Source: Pseudidiomarina indica
GTDB lineage: Bacteria > Pseudomonadota > Gammaproteobacteria > Enterobacterales > Alteromonadaceae
Assembly (NCBI GenBank): GCA_029279945.1
Contig: JAJUHK010000008.1
Coordinates: 11,212-75,211 of the forward strand
Length of the DNA stretch: 64,000 bases
Reading direction: 5' to 3'
Shown here: in pieces, positions 42,868-54,128 of the stretch
Layout of the letters: every line of letters begins with the position of its first letter
Numbering within the stretch: the stretch's first letter is position 1
Notes under the pieces: model-generated
Database searches by the model: none
What the model was told of the DNA's origin: nothing
The model's input: only the letters and a program-made list of their open reading frames with translations
Translations under genes and position numbers: made by a program

Positions 42868-45111
42868 TTAATCTAATTCTTGGCGCGCTAATACGTCGCG
42901 ATTGAACTTCTGTGCAAAGCGAATAAATTCTTGCAACGGCATGGCGCGGCCGTAGAAGAAGCCTTGCTGATAATGACACTTCTGTTCTTGTAAGAATTCA
43001 ACTTGCTGAGCATGTTCCACACCTTCTGCAACAACTTTCATATTGAGTGTGTGGGCGATGCGAATGAGTACTTCGACTAACGCTTTTTGCTGACCTTGGT
43101 GCGGGACGTTATGAAGGAAACTACGATCAATTTTGATGACATCAATTGGGTATGAGCGCAAATAGTTAAGGCTTGAGTAACCGGTACCAAAATCATCAAT
43201 AGCGAGGCTAATACCCGCATCTCGCAATTTTCTTAAATTCGCAAATTGCCTTTCTTTGTTGCGCATCAACATGGATTCAGTGATTTCAAACATTAACCGC
43301 TCCGCTGGAACCTCTGCAGCAGCAATGACATTGAGCCAATGACTCGCTGCCTGGCGGTCGTTAAACTCCCGCGCTGAGCGGTTCAGCGCGATGGATAAAT
43401 CCAATCCTACTTCGGCCATTTTCTTCCAGTCGTGCAGCACTTGCCGTAACACGAAGTCACCTAGGCCAATGATGGCTCCCGTCTTCTCAGCGATTGGAAT
43501 AAATTCAGCTGGAGAAATGGCACCGCGTTCAGGATGGATCCACCGAATGAGTGCCTCACACCGGGTTAATAGCCCGGTTTCGGTCTCAATGACGGGCTGA
43601 TAGTGAACTTCAAACTGCTCCGCCTCAATCCCTTTTATAATCTGATGGTACAGATTGATATCACGTTCCGTACTCTTACGGAGCTGTTCATCGAAAAAGT
43701 GAACACTCATAGCGCCTTGCGATTTAGCAGCATACATTGCCAATTCTGCATGTTTGAGCAGTTGCTGTACTTCCTGGCCATCGTGCGGGAACATGGCGAT
43801 ACCGGTGCTGGCCGTCATGTTGATATGATTATGCTCGATATCCAGCGTATGCAGCAAATCATTCATGATAGCTTTTGCGCGAATCTCCGCTTCACTGGGG
43901 TCATTTAAATCACGCAGAACTATGGCAAATTCATCTCCCCCAATACGCGCCAGAAAGTCGTTTTCACGTATACTCGTGCGGATTCGCTCTGCGACACGTT
44001 GCAGCAAAGCGTCACCCACTTCATGACCGAGCACATCATTAATTTCACGCAAATGGTCTAAGTCGAGTACTAACAGTGCAAACTTTTGTTGGTGGCGAAT
44101 GGCGTGACGAATGTCTGCTTCCAACTGTTCTGAGAAATAGTTGCGGTTAGGTAAATCAGTCAGGCCATCATAACGGGCCTGATAAGCAATCGTTGAAATT
44201 GCGCCACGTAAGCGGTGCTGGGTGAAAATTAGCATTAAAAATGCCGATAGAATCACCGCAGTTAAGCCAATCCCAATAGCCCAATGAAGCCAGAAATCTG
44301 CAGTCATGGCCACCCATTGGCCATCGCGTGGGTAAATGGCCAACTCCCACCGTCCATACGGGAAGGTCACATCAGTGATCAGTGAATCGGTGGTAAATAA
44401 GTCATCAATGCCCGCAAACACGTCGGGGTTAGGGGACATCGCGCTTGGTGCTTGGCGTAGTGCGAATGAGTAACTCGGGTGCTGATAGAAACCAACGCCT
44501 TCTAATAAATGGGTGTGGTCAATCACGAGTGAGGCAATCCCCCAGAGACTGCGGTCATCGCGGAAAATTGGCATGCGGGCAATTAATGCTTTGGGGCCCT
44601 GTGCTAAACGGAGCGGTCCAATCAGTACCACATCTTTTACCGCAATGGCTCGCAGTATCCCGGCGTACTGCAGGCTGTCTAAGCGATAATTGAAGCCTAT
44701 TAATGATTGGTTGCCTTCGACAGGGTAGACAAACTTAACGATGAGGTCAGGGGCTAACGCAACATGCATGATATCGAGATTGGAGCCCAAGAACTCATCC
44801 ATGATGTGCTGCAGGCGCACACGGTCTGGCGTATCTTGCCAGAGAATTTCCGGACGCAAAGCGCGTAATGCCAACGTGTTGAGCTGTAGCCGTTGCTCAA
44901 TCTGACCACGCATAGCGCTAAGATGTTCGCTCGCCCGCCGTTTCTCGATTTCCAGCTTTTGTTGCCGTTCGCTGTCGACTACCAGATAGACTGCGTACAG
45001 CAGTGCTGATGCAATAAATAGCGCAACGACGAGATAGCTGAGTAATCGCCAGCGTTCCGTGCGTTTATTTACATTGTCAGGAATAGTTACCACGTTCTTT
45101 GTTAGCTTCAT
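42868..45111 (-). CDS. Membrane CHASE-GGDEF-EAL c-di-GMP signalling protein
   Basis: Two TMs flank a CHASE-like region (GPLRLAQG..IARMPIF..WGIASLVID); RENDxxxxxGGDEF (I-site plus active site); EAL and DDFGTGYSS motifs are intact. Confidence 0.9.
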   Translation of the reverse strand: MKLTKNVVTIPDNVNKRTERWRLLSYLVVALFIASALLYAVYLVVDSERQQKLEIEKRRASEHLSAMRGQIEQRLQLNTLALRALRPEILWQDTPDRVRLQHIMDEFLGSNLDIMHVALAPDLIVKFVYPVEGNQSLIGFNYRLDSLQYAGILRAIAVKDVVLIGPLRLAQGPKALIARMPIFRDDRSLWGIASLVIDHTHLLEGVGFYQHPSYSFALRQAPSAMSPNPDVFAGIDDLFTTDSLITDVTFPYGRWELAIYPRDGQWVAMTADFWLHWAIGIGLTAVILSAFLMLIFTQHRLRGAISTIAYQARYDGLTDLPNRNYFSEQLEADIRHAIRHQQKFALLVLDLDHLREINDVLGHEVGDALLQRVAERIRTSIRENDFLARIGGDEFAIVLRDLNDPSEAEIRAKAIMNDLLHTLDIEHNHINMTASTGIAMFPHDGQEVQQLLKHAELAMYAAKSQGAMSVHFFDEQLRKSTERDINLYHQIIKGIEAEQFEVHYQPVIETETGLLTRCEALIRWIHPERGAISPAEFIPIAEKTGAIIGLGDFVLRQVLHDWKKMAEVGLDLSIALNRSAREFNDRQAASHWLNVIAAAEVPAERLMFEITESMLMRNKERQFANLRKLRDAGISLAIDDFGTGYSSLNYLRSYPIDVIKIDRSFLHNVPHQGQQKALVEVLIRIAHTLNMKVVAEGVEHAQQVEFLQEQKCHYQQGFFYGRAMPLQEFIRFAQKFNRDVLARQELD

Positions 45112-45228
45112 TAAGTGCGAGCGAGCTTATTATTAAAATTATATGCAATTTGCCATATTTTTAGCATCATCCTTTACCATTCCCCTGTCGTCAAGCACTG
45201 TTACCCGTCGAATTCCGATCAATTTCCC

Positions 45229-45258
45229 TTGACAGGTGGAAAGAACGCCACCTAGACT
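45229..45258 (+). promoter_or_regulatory. Candidate mra (dcw) promoter
   Basis: TTGACA (45229-45234)-N18-TAGACT (45253-45258). Confidence 0.6.
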
Positions 45259-45266
45259 GTCATAAT

Positions 45267-45291
45267 GTGGGGAATTGTGGGTAATAGTGGA
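45267..45291 (+). repeat. MraZ-binding direct repeats
   Basis: GTGGG (45267), GTGGG (45277) and GTGGA (45287) at 10-bp periodicity, just upstream of the mraZ ATG. Confidence 0.8.
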
Positions 45292-45300
45292 TCAAAAACA

Positions 45301-45759
45301 ATGTTTCGTGGAGCAGCAGCAGTCAGTCTTGATGAAAAAGGTCGACTTGCGATACCAGCAAAGTATCGCAAGAGCTTGCTGTTGGATTGTGACGGCCAAA
45401 TGGTCTGCACCATCGACATCAAGCAGCCCTGTTTGTTGTTGTATCCATTGCCACAGTGGCAAATCATTGAACAGAAACTTACCACTTTATCCAGTATGAA
45501 CCCCGCAGAGCGTCGTCTGCAGCGGTTGCTGTTGGGTCACGCCGAAGATTGCCAAATGGACAAAAATGGCCGCATTTTGATTGCGCCGACATTGCGTCAA
45601 CATGCGGATTTGAGCAAGAAGATCATGATTATCGGACAGCTTAATAAATTTGAACTTTGGTCAGAATCGGCATGGCACGAGCAAATTACAGCTGATATGG
45701 CTGCAGAGCAAGCAGACGACTTGGCACTAAGTGAACGTTTACAAGATTTCTCATTATAA
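45301..45759 (+). CDS. mraZ: Transcriptional regulator MraZ
   Basis: [19 protein letters not shown] and MDKNGRILI duplicated AbrB-like motifs. Confidence 0.97.
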   Translation: MFRGAAAVSLDEKGRLAIPAKYRKSLLLDCDGQMVCTIDIKQPCLLLYPLPQWQIIEQKLTTLSSMNPAERRLQRLLLGHAEDCQMDKNGRILIAPTLRQHADLSKKIMIIGQLNKFELWSESAWHEQITADMAAEQADDLALSERLQDFSL

Positions 45760-46706
45760 TGACTATAGACGCGCAACCACACGTCTCGGTCTTGCTACAA
45801 GAGTCTTTAGCGGCGCTTGCGATCAAACCAGACGGAATCTATTTAGATGCAACCTTCGGTCGAGGGGGGCACTCGCGCGCCATTTTGTCACAACTAAATG
45901 CCGATGGCCGATTATATGCACTCGATCGTGACCCCACCGCGATTGCCGTAGGTACTGAACTACAACAACAAGATCCACGCTTTACTATTATCCACACACC
46001 ATTTTCACGGCTGGCCGAGGTGCTTGATGAGCAGCAACTGCGCGGCCAGCTCGATGGCATTTTATTCGACTTAGGCGTGTCTTCCCCACAATTAGACGAT
46101 GCCGAACGCGGATTTAGCTTCATGCGCGATGGCCCACTTGATATGCGCATGGATACGACGAGCGGTCAAACCGCGGCTGAATTCCTCAACACTGCCAGTG
46201 CCGATGATATTGCATTTGCCTTACGCGAGTATGGTGAAGAGCGATTTGCGTGGCGCATTGCTCAAGCTATCGTGCAACGTCGTGCCGAGCAGCCGCTACA
46301 AACCACGCGAGAATTGGCTGAGCTGATTGCCGCGAGCGTACCTTTTAAAGACAAGCACAAGCACCCAGCAACGCGCAGCTTTCAGGGAATTCGTATCCAC
46401 ATCAATGGCGAGCTGGATGAAATTGAGCAGGCCCTCAACGCTGCTGTGCAAGGGTTGAAACCTGCAGGCCGGTTGGCGGTGATTAGTTTTCATAGCTTAG
46501 AAGATCGTTTAGTCAAGCGCTTTATGCGGCAGCAAGCACAAGGCCGGGCGATTCCCGCAGGGCTACCTATTCGCGACGTTGACTTCGATCGGGGGCAAAC
46601 GTTGCAACTCATCGGCAAGGCGATCAAACCATCGGCAGCTGAGATTCAGCTGAATCCCCGAGCACGAAGCTCCGTGTTACGAGTGGCAGCGAGGTTACCG
46701 TCATGA
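45759..46706 (+). CDS. rsmH: 16S rRNA m4C1402 methyltransferase
   Basis: [33 protein letters not shown] and NPRARS. Confidence 0.97.
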   Translation: MTIDAQPHVSVLLQESLAALAIKPDGIYLDATFGRGGHSRAILSQLNADGRLYALDRDPTAIAVGTELQQQDPRFTIIHTPFSRLAEVLDEQQLRGQLDGILFDLGVSSPQLDDAERGFSFMRDGPLDMRMDTTSGQTAAEFLNTASADDIAFALREYGEERFAWRIAQAIVQRRAEQPLQTTRELAELIAASVPFKDKHKHPATRSFQGIRIHINGELDEIEQALNAAVQGLKPAGRLAVISFHSLEDRLVKRFMRQQAQGRAIPAGLPIRDVDFDRGQTLQLIGKAIKPSAAEIQLNPRARSSVLRVAARLPS

Positions 46707-47020
46707 AAAGCAAACGGGTACCCACATTAATCAGTGTACTTTGGGATGACTTGCGCCAACACCTTGTGTTGGTGTTGCTGTTTTTAATGGTGATTGGCAG
46801 CGCTATGGGCGTGATCTATGTATCCCATAGCCATCGGTTGCTGACCATTGAGCGTGATCAGCTGCTATCGCAGCGCGATGACATCGATATTGAGTGGCGT
46901 CATCTGCAAATTGAACAGAATACGTTAACCGAACATAACCGTGTTGAACGTATCGCCCAGCAGCGGTTGGGTATGGTGCGTCCTGAACCAGAGCAGGAGG
47001 TGCTAGTGCCATGGCAATAA
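46703..47020 (+). CDS. ftsL: Cell division protein FtsL
   Basis: Single TM and coiled coil with [12 protein letters not shown]. Confidence 0.93.
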   Translation: MKSKRVPTLISVLWDDLRQHLVLVLLFLMVIGSAMGVIYVSHSHRLLTIERDQLLSQRDDIDIEWRHLQIEQNTLTEHNRVERIAQQRLGMVRPEPEQEVLVPWQ

Positions 47021-48759
47021 CAGCTCCAGTGAAACGGCGGCGGACGAAGAAGCCAGCACCTCATTTAAGCACCGGTCGCTACCTGACCGCGATGCTGATT
47101 GTGCTGGCGGTATTTGGTTCCTTGGTTGCGCGAGCGGCATATATCCAGCTCATCGAGCCTGAACGGTTGATTTATGAAGGCGATCGGCGCTCATTACGGG
47201 CTGCTACCACCATGGTACAACGGGGCAGTATCGTCGATCGTAATGGCCGTGAACTGGCAGTGAGTGTACCCGTGCAAACAGTCTGGGCTGATCCTAAGCG
47301 GGTGCATGATGGGGGTGGTTTAGATAACCGTGAGCGCTGGTTAGCGCTGGCTGAAGTATTTCGCACCGATGTTAACGAGCTACTCAACAAAGTAGCGGAT
47401 CCGAATCGACGCTTCGTGTACCTCGATCGCAAAGTCACTCCCGGAGTGGCTGAGTTCGTGCGCCAGTTGAATATACCAGGGGTGTATCTCAAAACCGAAT
47501 CACGGCGTTTTTACCCGGCCGGTGAGATTGCCGCCCATGTGGTTGGCTTCACCGACATCGATGGCGTGGGTATCGAGGGGCTTGAGGCGATTTATAACCA
47601 AGTATTAACGGGTATTCCCGGTGAACGGGTTTACCGCAAGGATGCGGCAGGACGGGTTGTTGAAGAAATTCGCATCACTGCGCCACAACAACCACAACAA
47701 CTTACATTGAGCATTGATCAACGCTTGCAGGCAGTGGCGTACACTGAGGTGAAGAAAGCCGTGCGCTATCACCAGGCAACCTCAGGATCCGCTGTTATTC
47801 TCGATGTAAAAACCGGCGAAGTGTTGGCGATGGTCAACAGCCCGTCCTACAACCCTAATAATCGCGGTGATTTGCAACCCCATAAACTACGCAACCGTGC
47901 GATTACCGATGCCTATGAGCCTGGCTCTACTATTAAACCACTGGCGGTCATTGCTGGGCTTGAAGCTGGCGTTATCAAACCAGATGACATTATCAATACC
48001 AGTCCAGGCTGGATGCGTTTAGGTGGCCGGCGCGTCAGTGACCCAATTAACCGTGGTGAATTAACCATTACACAAATTTTAGAGAACTCCAGCAACGTAG
48101 GCACTGCCAAAATAGCATTGGCAACGGGTATAGAAAAATTATTGGAAACGTATGCAGCGGTTGGTTTTGGCAACGACACAGGCGTGGCCATGCTGGGTGA
48201 AAGCTTTGGTGTGCTCCATCATCGCCAACGCTGGTCGGAGTTTGAAATAGCAACGCTGTCATACGGCTACGGTATGTCAGCTACAACGCTACAGCTGGCG
48301 CAACTGTACGCCATTATCGCCAATGGCGGTAAGCGTATTCCACTAACGATTCAGCGCCGTGAAGGCGTGCCGGAAGGGCGACAAGTGCTTTCTAAAGAAT
48401 CCGCTGATGCAGTATTGGCGATGCTAGAGAGTGTGGTTGCCAATGGTTCCGGTCGTCGTGCTCAAGTGCGCGGTTACCGTGTTGCAGGTAAGACGGGCAC
48501 ATCGCGCAAAGCGATAGCCGGAGGTTACGGGGATGAATACGTGACCTTGTTTGCTGGAATTGCACCAGTAAGTGATCCACGGATTGCCGTAGTCGTCACC
48601 ATTAACGAACCTAGTGGCGATGAATATTACGGCAGTGAAGTATCGGCACCAGTGTTTGCCGAAATTGTTAGTAACGCATTGCGAGTGATGAATGTGCCAC
48701 CGGATAATCTAGCGGATGCGCAGCTTAAAGCTGCTGGGTTTGGAGGTTCACGTGATTGA
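47011..48759 (+). CDS. ftsI: Peptidoglycan transpeptidase FtsI (PBP3)
   Basis: RGSIVDRNG, EPGSTIKP (SxxK), SSN and KTG motifs. Confidence 0.97.
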   Translation: MAITAPVKRRRTKKPAPHLSTGRYLTAMLIVLAVFGSLVARAAYIQLIEPERLIYEGDRRSLRAATTMVQRGSIVDRNGRELAVSVPVQTVWADPKRVHDGGGLDNRERWLALAEVFRTDVNELLNKVADPNRRFVYLDRKVTPGVAEFVRQLNIPGVYLKTESRRFYPAGEIAAHVVGFTDIDGVGIEGLEAIYNQVLTGIPGERVYRKDAAGRVVEEIRITAPQQPQQLTLSIDQRLQAVAYTEVKKAVRYHQATSGSAVILDVKTGEVLAMVNSPSYNPNNRGDLQPHKLRNRAITDAYEPGSTIKPLAVIAGLEAGVIKPDDIINTSPGWMRLGGRRVSDPINRGELTITQILENSSNVGTAKIALATGIEKLLETYAAVGFGNDTGVAMLGESFGVLHHRQRWSEFEIATLSYGYGMSATTLQLAQLYAIIANGGKRIPLTIQRREGVPEGRQVLSKESADAVLAMLESVVANGSGRRAQVRGYRVAGKTGTSRKAIAGGYGDEYVTLFAGIAPVSDPRIAVVVTINEPSGDEYYGSEVSAPVFAEIVSNALRVMNVPPDNLADAQLKAAGFGGSRD

Positions 48760-50242
48760 TTTAATCGCCTTGTTACCTGATTACCCATTACCTCTCCCTA
48801 ACGTTAAGGTAGGGGGGGTGAAGCTCGATAGCCGCCAAGTGGCACCTAACGACATATTCGTGGCGGTGCCAGGCTACCAAGTGGACGGCCGACAATTTAT
48901 TGATGCCGCCATTGCGGCAGGCGCTGCAGTGGTGTTGGCCGAAGCAGAAACAGTTGGGATTGAGCAGCGCGGTCGCGCCTGGCTGATTGATGTGCCGCAG
49001 TTAAAAAATCAACTCTCATTTATTGCCGGACGCTTTTTTCATGAGCCGTCCCAGCATCTTCGCGTGATTGGCGTAACGGGAACCAATGGTAAAACCTCGG
49101 TAACTTATATTGTGGCGCAATTGCTGAATGCGTTGGGTACACGCTGTGGTGTGATTGGCACGACCGGTAGTGGTTTTCCCGGTCAGCTGCTGGCAGAAAC
49201 CCATACCACCCCTGACGCCGTGGCAGTGCAACATCGTTTGCAAGTATTGCACAGTGAGGGGGCACGTGCGGTGGCTATGGAAGTCTCATCCCACGCATTA
49301 GTGCAGCGGCGTGTTGAAGGCGTGCATTTTGCCGTGGGTGTTGCCACCAACATTAGCCGTGACCATCTCGATTATCACGGTACTATGGCGCATTATGCTG
49401 GTGCGAAACGCCGCTTGCTGACCGAATTAAACACTGAGCGCAGCGTCCTGAACGCTGATGACGCATCCATTGCAGCATGGTTACCTGATCGCCCCGACAG
49501 TTGGCGGTTTAGCCTAACGCCACAAAGTGCCAGTCGGAGTTTGTGGGCAGCCGATATTCAATACGCCGCCGATGGCACAAAATTTAATTTGCATGTTCAA
49601 GCACATGCTGGTGAACCTGTGGTTTATCCAGTGGTTTCTCCGTTATTAGGCGGTTTCAACGTGTATAATCTGCTCGCCGCCATCGCTACCTTAGTAACGC
49701 TCGATTATGACCCAGCAGCCATTGTGGCTGCTTGCCGTCAATTACATGCTGTGCCAGGCCGCATGGAAACCTTTGGTGGTACCGAACAACAGCCACTCGT
49801 GATTGTCGATTATGCGCATACCCCTGATGCTCTCCAACAAGTGTTAACCGCACTGCGTCGGCATTGCCAAGGTACGCTGTGGTGTGTGTTTGGTTGCGGT
49901 GGTGATCGGGATCGTGGGAAACGCCCCCAAATGGGTGCGGTGGCCGCAGAATTAGCCGATCGTGTGGTGGTGACGGATGACAACCCACGCACGGAAGAGC
50001 CGCAACAAATCGTCCAAGATATCTTGGCCGGTATGCCACGCCAGCGCCAAGTGCAAGTGATCATGGGACGTGAGAATGCCGTACGTCAAGCAATTGCCCA
50101 AGCGCAGCCCGGTGATGTGGTGCTGTTAGCAGGTAAAGGACATGAGGATTATCAAATTATTGGGCAACAACGGACCGACTATAATGAACGTGCCTTGGTG
50201 GCGGCCATTATGACGACAGCAGCTGTGGAGCGTGAGTCATGA
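48752..50242 (+). CDS. murE: UDP-MurNAc-tripeptide ligase
   Basis: GVTGTNGKTS, MEVSSH, DYAHTPD and DNPR; GTG at 48752 after GGAGG. Confidence 0.96.
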   Translation: MIDLIALLPDYPLPLPNVKVGGVKLDSRQVAPNDIFVAVPGYQVDGRQFIDAAIAAGAAVVLAEAETVGIEQRGRAWLIDVPQLKNQLSFIAGRFFHEPSQHLRVIGVTGTNGKTSVTYIVAQLLNALGTRCGVIGTTGSGFPGQLLAETHTTPDAVAVQHRLQVLHSEGARAVAMEVSSHALVQRRVEGVHFAVGVATNISRDHLDYHGTMAHYAGAKRRLLTELNTERSVLNADDASIAAWLPDRPDSWRFSLTPQSASRSLWAADIQYAADGTKFNLHVQAHAGEPVVYPVVSPLLGGFNVYNLLAAIATLVTLDYDPAAIVAACRQLHAVPGRMETFGGTEQQPLVIVDYAHTPDALQQVLTALRRHCQGTLWCVFGCGGDRDRGKRPQMGAVAAELADRVVVTDDNPRTEEPQQIVQDILAGMPRQRQVQVIMGRENAVRQAIAQAQPGDVVLLAGKGHEDYQIIGQQRTDYNERALVAAIMTTAAVERES

Positions 50243-51684
50243 TCCGCGTCGACGTGCAGTGGATTAGCGCCGCCGTAAACGGGCAGTTGCTCGGTGGAAA
50301 TTGTGTTGTCGAACAGGTCAGTACTGATTCGCGGCGAATTCCTGCGCAATGCTTATTCATCGCCTTAGTAGGTGAACACTACGATGCCCATAATTTCGCC
50401 GCACAAGCGGTAGAGGCGGGCGCGGTGGCATTAGTCGTGGAGCGTCAATTGACCGACCCTGTGTGTGCGCAAGTGCCACAAATTATCGTTGCCGATACGC
50501 GTATTGCGTTAGGAGCACTCGGTGCAGCGGTGAAAGCACAAGTGGCACCCAAGACCATAGCTGTGACTGGGAGCAGTGGTAAAACCACCGTCAAAGAAAT
50601 GATCGCCGCGATTTTACGCCAGCGCGGTGACGTGCTGGCAACCGCTGGCAATTTTAATAATGACATTGGGGTTCCGCTGACCTTATTACGATTAGAACAA
50701 CAGCATCAATTTGCAGTGATTGAGTTAGGTGCCAACCACGTCGGTGAGATTGCCTATACCACCAACCTCACTAAGCCCGATGTCGCTATCATCAACAATG
50801 TGGCGCCAGCGCATGTCGAAGGGTTTGGCGATATTCATGGCGTTTATTTGGCTAAATCTGAAATTTTCCGTGGTTTAGCCGCTGATGGATTAGCGCTGAC
50901 ACCGCATCATTCGATATTTGCCTCATGCTGGGCTAAAACGTTGACGCATGTTCACCATGAAACCTTTGGTCGGGTGTTAGCTGACGACAGCGACACATTA
51001 CCTGATGTACGGGCATACAACGTGCAACTGAATCAGCAGGGGTGTGCCGAATTTGAGGTGGAGTTGAGTGGAACTACGCCAGAACGGGGAAAAATCACCT
51101 TGAACCTGCCGGGTTTACACAATGTTGACAACGCATTGGTAGCTATTCGAGCCACACTTGCGGTAGGTTGTGCGCTGGCTGACGCGCAGACCGCGTTGGC
51201 GCAATTACAACCTGTCGCTGGACGCCTACATGTCATGCAGTTAACACCCCATATCCGACTCATCGACGATGCATATAACGCAAATGTTGGGTCGGTCAAA
51301 GCTGCGCTGGATATGCTGGCGGTCTATCCAGGCTACCGCATGATGATTTTTGGCGATATGGGCGAGTTAGGCACCCGTGCACGGGAATATCACGAAGAAG
51401 TAGGCACCTATGCCATTGCCGCAGGTATCGATAACTTATTTACGCTGGGTGTACTTAGTCAAAGTGCAAGTACGGTCTTTAATGGCCGTGGTGGTCGCCA
51501 CTTCTCCAATTTGGATAGCCTAGTAGCTGCAGTCATTGACACCGTTCGCCTGGCACCTGCGCCCGTCACCATTTTAGTGAAGGGCTCGCGCAGTATGCGG
51601 ATGGAACGCGTGATTGATGCCTTAACAACACGACAGGAAGAGTTAACACCCATAACCTCAGTAGAAGGAACCCCTGCATGTTAG
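50239..51684 (+). CDS. murF: UDP-MurNAc-pentapeptide ligase
   Basis: [28 protein letters not shown] and KGSRSMRME. Confidence 0.96.
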   Translation: MIRVDVQWISAAVNGQLLGGNCVVEQVSTDSRRIPAQCLFIALVGEHYDAHNFAAQAVEAGAVALVVERQLTDPVCAQVPQIIVADTRIALGALGAAVKAQVAPKTIAVTGSSGKTTVKEMIAAILRQRGDVLATAGNFNNDIGVPLTLLRLEQQHQFAVIELGANHVGEIAYTTNLTKPDVAIINNVAPAHVEGFGDIHGVYLAKSEIFRGLAADGLALTPHHSIFASCWAKTLTHVHHETFGRVLADDSDTLPDVRAYNVQLNQQGCAEFEVELSGTTPERGKITLNLPGLHNVDNALVAIRATLAVGCALADAQTALAQLQPVAGRLHVMQLTPHIRLIDDAYNANVGSVKAALDMLAVYPGYRMMIFGDMGELGTRAREYHEEVGTYAIAAGIDNLFTLGVLSQSASTVFNGRGGRHFSNLDSLVAAVIDTVRLAPAPVTILVKGSRSMRMERVIDALTTRQEELTPITSVEGTPAC

Positions 51685-52760
51685 TGTGGCTGGCAGAATA
51701 CTTAACTCAGTATGCGACAGTATTTAACGTTTTCTCGTACCTGACCATGCGTGCGATTTTGAGTGTGCTGACCGCACTGGTGTTGTCATTGTGGATGGGG
51801 CCGTCATTGATTAAGTATTTGCAACGCTTACAAGTGGGCCAAGCAATTCGGGATGATGGCCCGCAAAGTCACCTGGCTAAGGCGGGGACGCCGACCATGG
51901 GTGGTGTGTTAATTATCGCCTCCATTGTCTTTGCCACTGTACTTTGGGCAGATCTGACCAACCATTACGTACAAGTCGTGTTGGCCGTGGTTATAGGTTT
52001 TGGACTGGTTGGCTTTGTTGATGATTATCGCAAAGTGGTGCAAAAAAACCCGCGTGGTTTACCAGCGCGTTGGAAATACTTTTGGCAATCGTTGATTGCG
52101 ACCCTCGCCGCGGTTTACTTATATGGCAGCGCGACCATAGGTGCAGAAACCCAGCTCCTGGTGCCATTTTTCAAAGATGTGATGCCGCAATTGGGCTTGT
52201 TCTACATTCTGCTGGCATATTTTGTGATTGTCGGTACCAGTAATGCGGTGAATCTCACGGATGGCTTAGACGGGTTGGCGATTGTACCCACCATCATGGT
52301 GGCTGGTGCGCTGGGCGTATTTGCGTACCTGTCTGGCCATGCCAATTTTGCGCACTATCTGAATATTCCGTTTTTACCCTTATCCGGTGAGTTGCTGATT
52401 GTCTGCACTGCCATTTTTGGCGCTGGGCTGGGCTTTTTATGGTTCAACACGTACCCAGCCATGGTGTTTATGGGAGATGTGGGGTCGCTCACACTAGGCG
52501 CGGCATTAGGTGTGATTGCCGTGATGGTGCGCCAAGAACTGGTGTTATTCATTATGGGCGGCGTGTTTGTGATGGAAACGTTCAGCGTCATGCTACAAGT
52601 GGGCTCGTATAAATTACGCGGCAAACGAGTATTCCGAATGGCGCCGATTCATCACCATTACGAATTGAAAGGATGGCCAGAGCCGCGTGTGATAGTACGG
52701 TTTTGGATTTTAAGCTTGGTGTTTGTACTCATTGGTCTAGCAACGTTAAAGCTGAGATAA
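51678..52760 (+). CDS. mraY: Phospho-MurNAc-pentapeptide transferase
   Basis: [23 protein letters not shown] and APIHHHYE. Confidence 0.98.
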   Translation: MLVWLAEYLTQYATVFNVFSYLTMRAILSVLTALVLSLWMGPSLIKYLQRLQVGQAIRDDGPQSHLAKAGTPTMGGVLIIASIVFATVLWADLTNHYVQVVLAVVIGFGLVGFVDDYRKVVQKNPRGLPARWKYFWQSLIATLAAVYLYGSATIGAETQLLVPFFKDVMPQLGLFYILLAYFVIVGTSNAVNLTDGLDGLAIVPTIMVAGALGVFAYLSGHANFAHYLNIPFLPLSGELLIVCTAIFGAGLGFLWFNTYPAMVFMGDVGSLTLGAALGVIAVMVRQELVLFIMGGVFVMETFSVMLQVGSYKLRGKRVFRMAPIHHHYELKGWPEPRVIVRFWILSLVFVLIGLATLKLR

Positions 52761-52763
52761 ACG

Positions 52764-54128
52764 ATGAAACTGATGAACCTCGATCAGTATGACAGCATTG
52801 GTGTAGTTGGCCTCGGTCAAACGGGGTTGTCCTGCGTGCGCTATCTGCTCGAACGTGGGGTCCAGCCGGTCGTGTTTGATACCCGGCAACAACCGCCAGG
52901 CTTAGCCAAACTACACGCACTTTCAGCCGATTTGGAAATCCATACCGGGCCTCTTGAACTGGAACACATACTGGGTATGGATTTGCTCATTGTCAGCCCA
53001 GGCGTTGATTTGCGAACGCCAGTACTGCAAATGGCACGTGATGCCGCTATCCCAGTAATTGGCGATATGGATTTATTCGCTCGCCATGTCAATAAACCAG
53101 TCCTTGGTATTACAGGATCAAACGGTAAATCCACGGTAACCCGGTTGGTGAGTGAGTTGTTAACTGCCGCGGGTTTGCAAGTAGCCATAGGTGGGAATAT
53201 TGGCGTGCCAGTACTGGATTTGGTCGGTCACGATGTCGATGTGTTTGTCTTGGAACTATCCAGTTTCCAACTGGAGTTATTGCACGACTTGCATTTCAAG
53301 GCGGCGACCATCCTCAATATTAGTGATGATCACCTCGATCGCTATAACGATATTCGTGATTACACCAATGCCAAACATCGGATTTACTTAAATACCGACA
53401 TCGCCGTATGGAATCGTGATCAAGAAACGACAGCGCCGTCATTAGTACCTGAAAGTGAGCAACTAACTTTTGGGAAAACCCCAACCGGTGGTCGTGATCC
53501 ACACCGCTATGGCCTCGTGGCGGAGCACAATGACTGGGTCATTACCGTCGCTGGCGAGCCGGTGGTGCGTGCCAGTGAACTGCAACTGGCCGGCGTTCAC
53601 AACTTATTTAATGTGCAAGCAGCGTTAGCAATGGTGAGTACTTGTGGGGTTCAGCCGCAGCAAGTACTTACTACGCTGAAGCAGTTCAAAGGTCTGCCGC
53701 ACCGCTGCGAACGTATTGGCGAATTTAACCAAGTGACCTGGGTCAATGATTCGAAAGCAACCAATATTGGCGCTGCTGAGGCTGCCATTATGGGCATGCG
53801 TCCACTGGTTGCGGGCAAATTGATTGTGATTGCCGGTGGTGATGGCAAAGGGGCTGATTTCAGTTATTTCCGTAAAGCGCTGCAACAGGTCGATGTATTA
53901 ATTGTATTGGGCAAAGATGGTGAGCGCATTGCCCATCAAGTGCAGCATGCGATTAGCGTTAAATCGCTGGCTGAGGCGGTGCAAGTGGCGGCTGAGTTAG
54001 CGACGCCACAGAGCATGGTGTTGTTATCACCAGCCTGTGCCAGCTTAGATATGTTTGACAACTATGAACAGCGCGGTGACCAGTTCCGTGCTGCAGTGGA
54101 GGCCTATTATGGTCGCGCAAGCGCCTAA
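52764..54128 (+). CDS. murD: UDP-MurNAc-L-Ala:D-Glu ligase
   Basis: [25 protein letters not shown] and SPACASLD. Confidence 0.96.
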   Translation: MKLMNLDQYDSIGVVGLGQTGLSCVRYLLERGVQPVVFDTRQQPPGLAKLHALSADLEIHTGPLELEHILGMDLLIVSPGVDLRTPVLQMARDAAIPVIGDMDLFARHVNKPVLGITGSNGKSTVTRLVSELLTAAGLQVAIGGNIGVPVLDLVGHDVDVFVLELSSFQLELLHDLHFKAATILNISDDHLDRYNDIRDYTNAKHRIYLNTDIAVWNRDQETTAPSLVPESEQLTFGKTPTGGRDPHRYGLVAEHNDWVITVAGEPVVRASELQLAGVHNLFNVQAALAMVSTCGVQPQQVLTTLKQFKGLPHRCERIGEFNQVTWVNDSKATNIGAAEAAIMGMRPLVAGKLIVIAGGDGKGADFSYFRKALQQVDVLIVLGKDGERIAHQVQHAISVKSLAEAVQVAAELATPQSMVLLSPACASLDMFDNYEQRGDQFRAAVEAYYGRASA

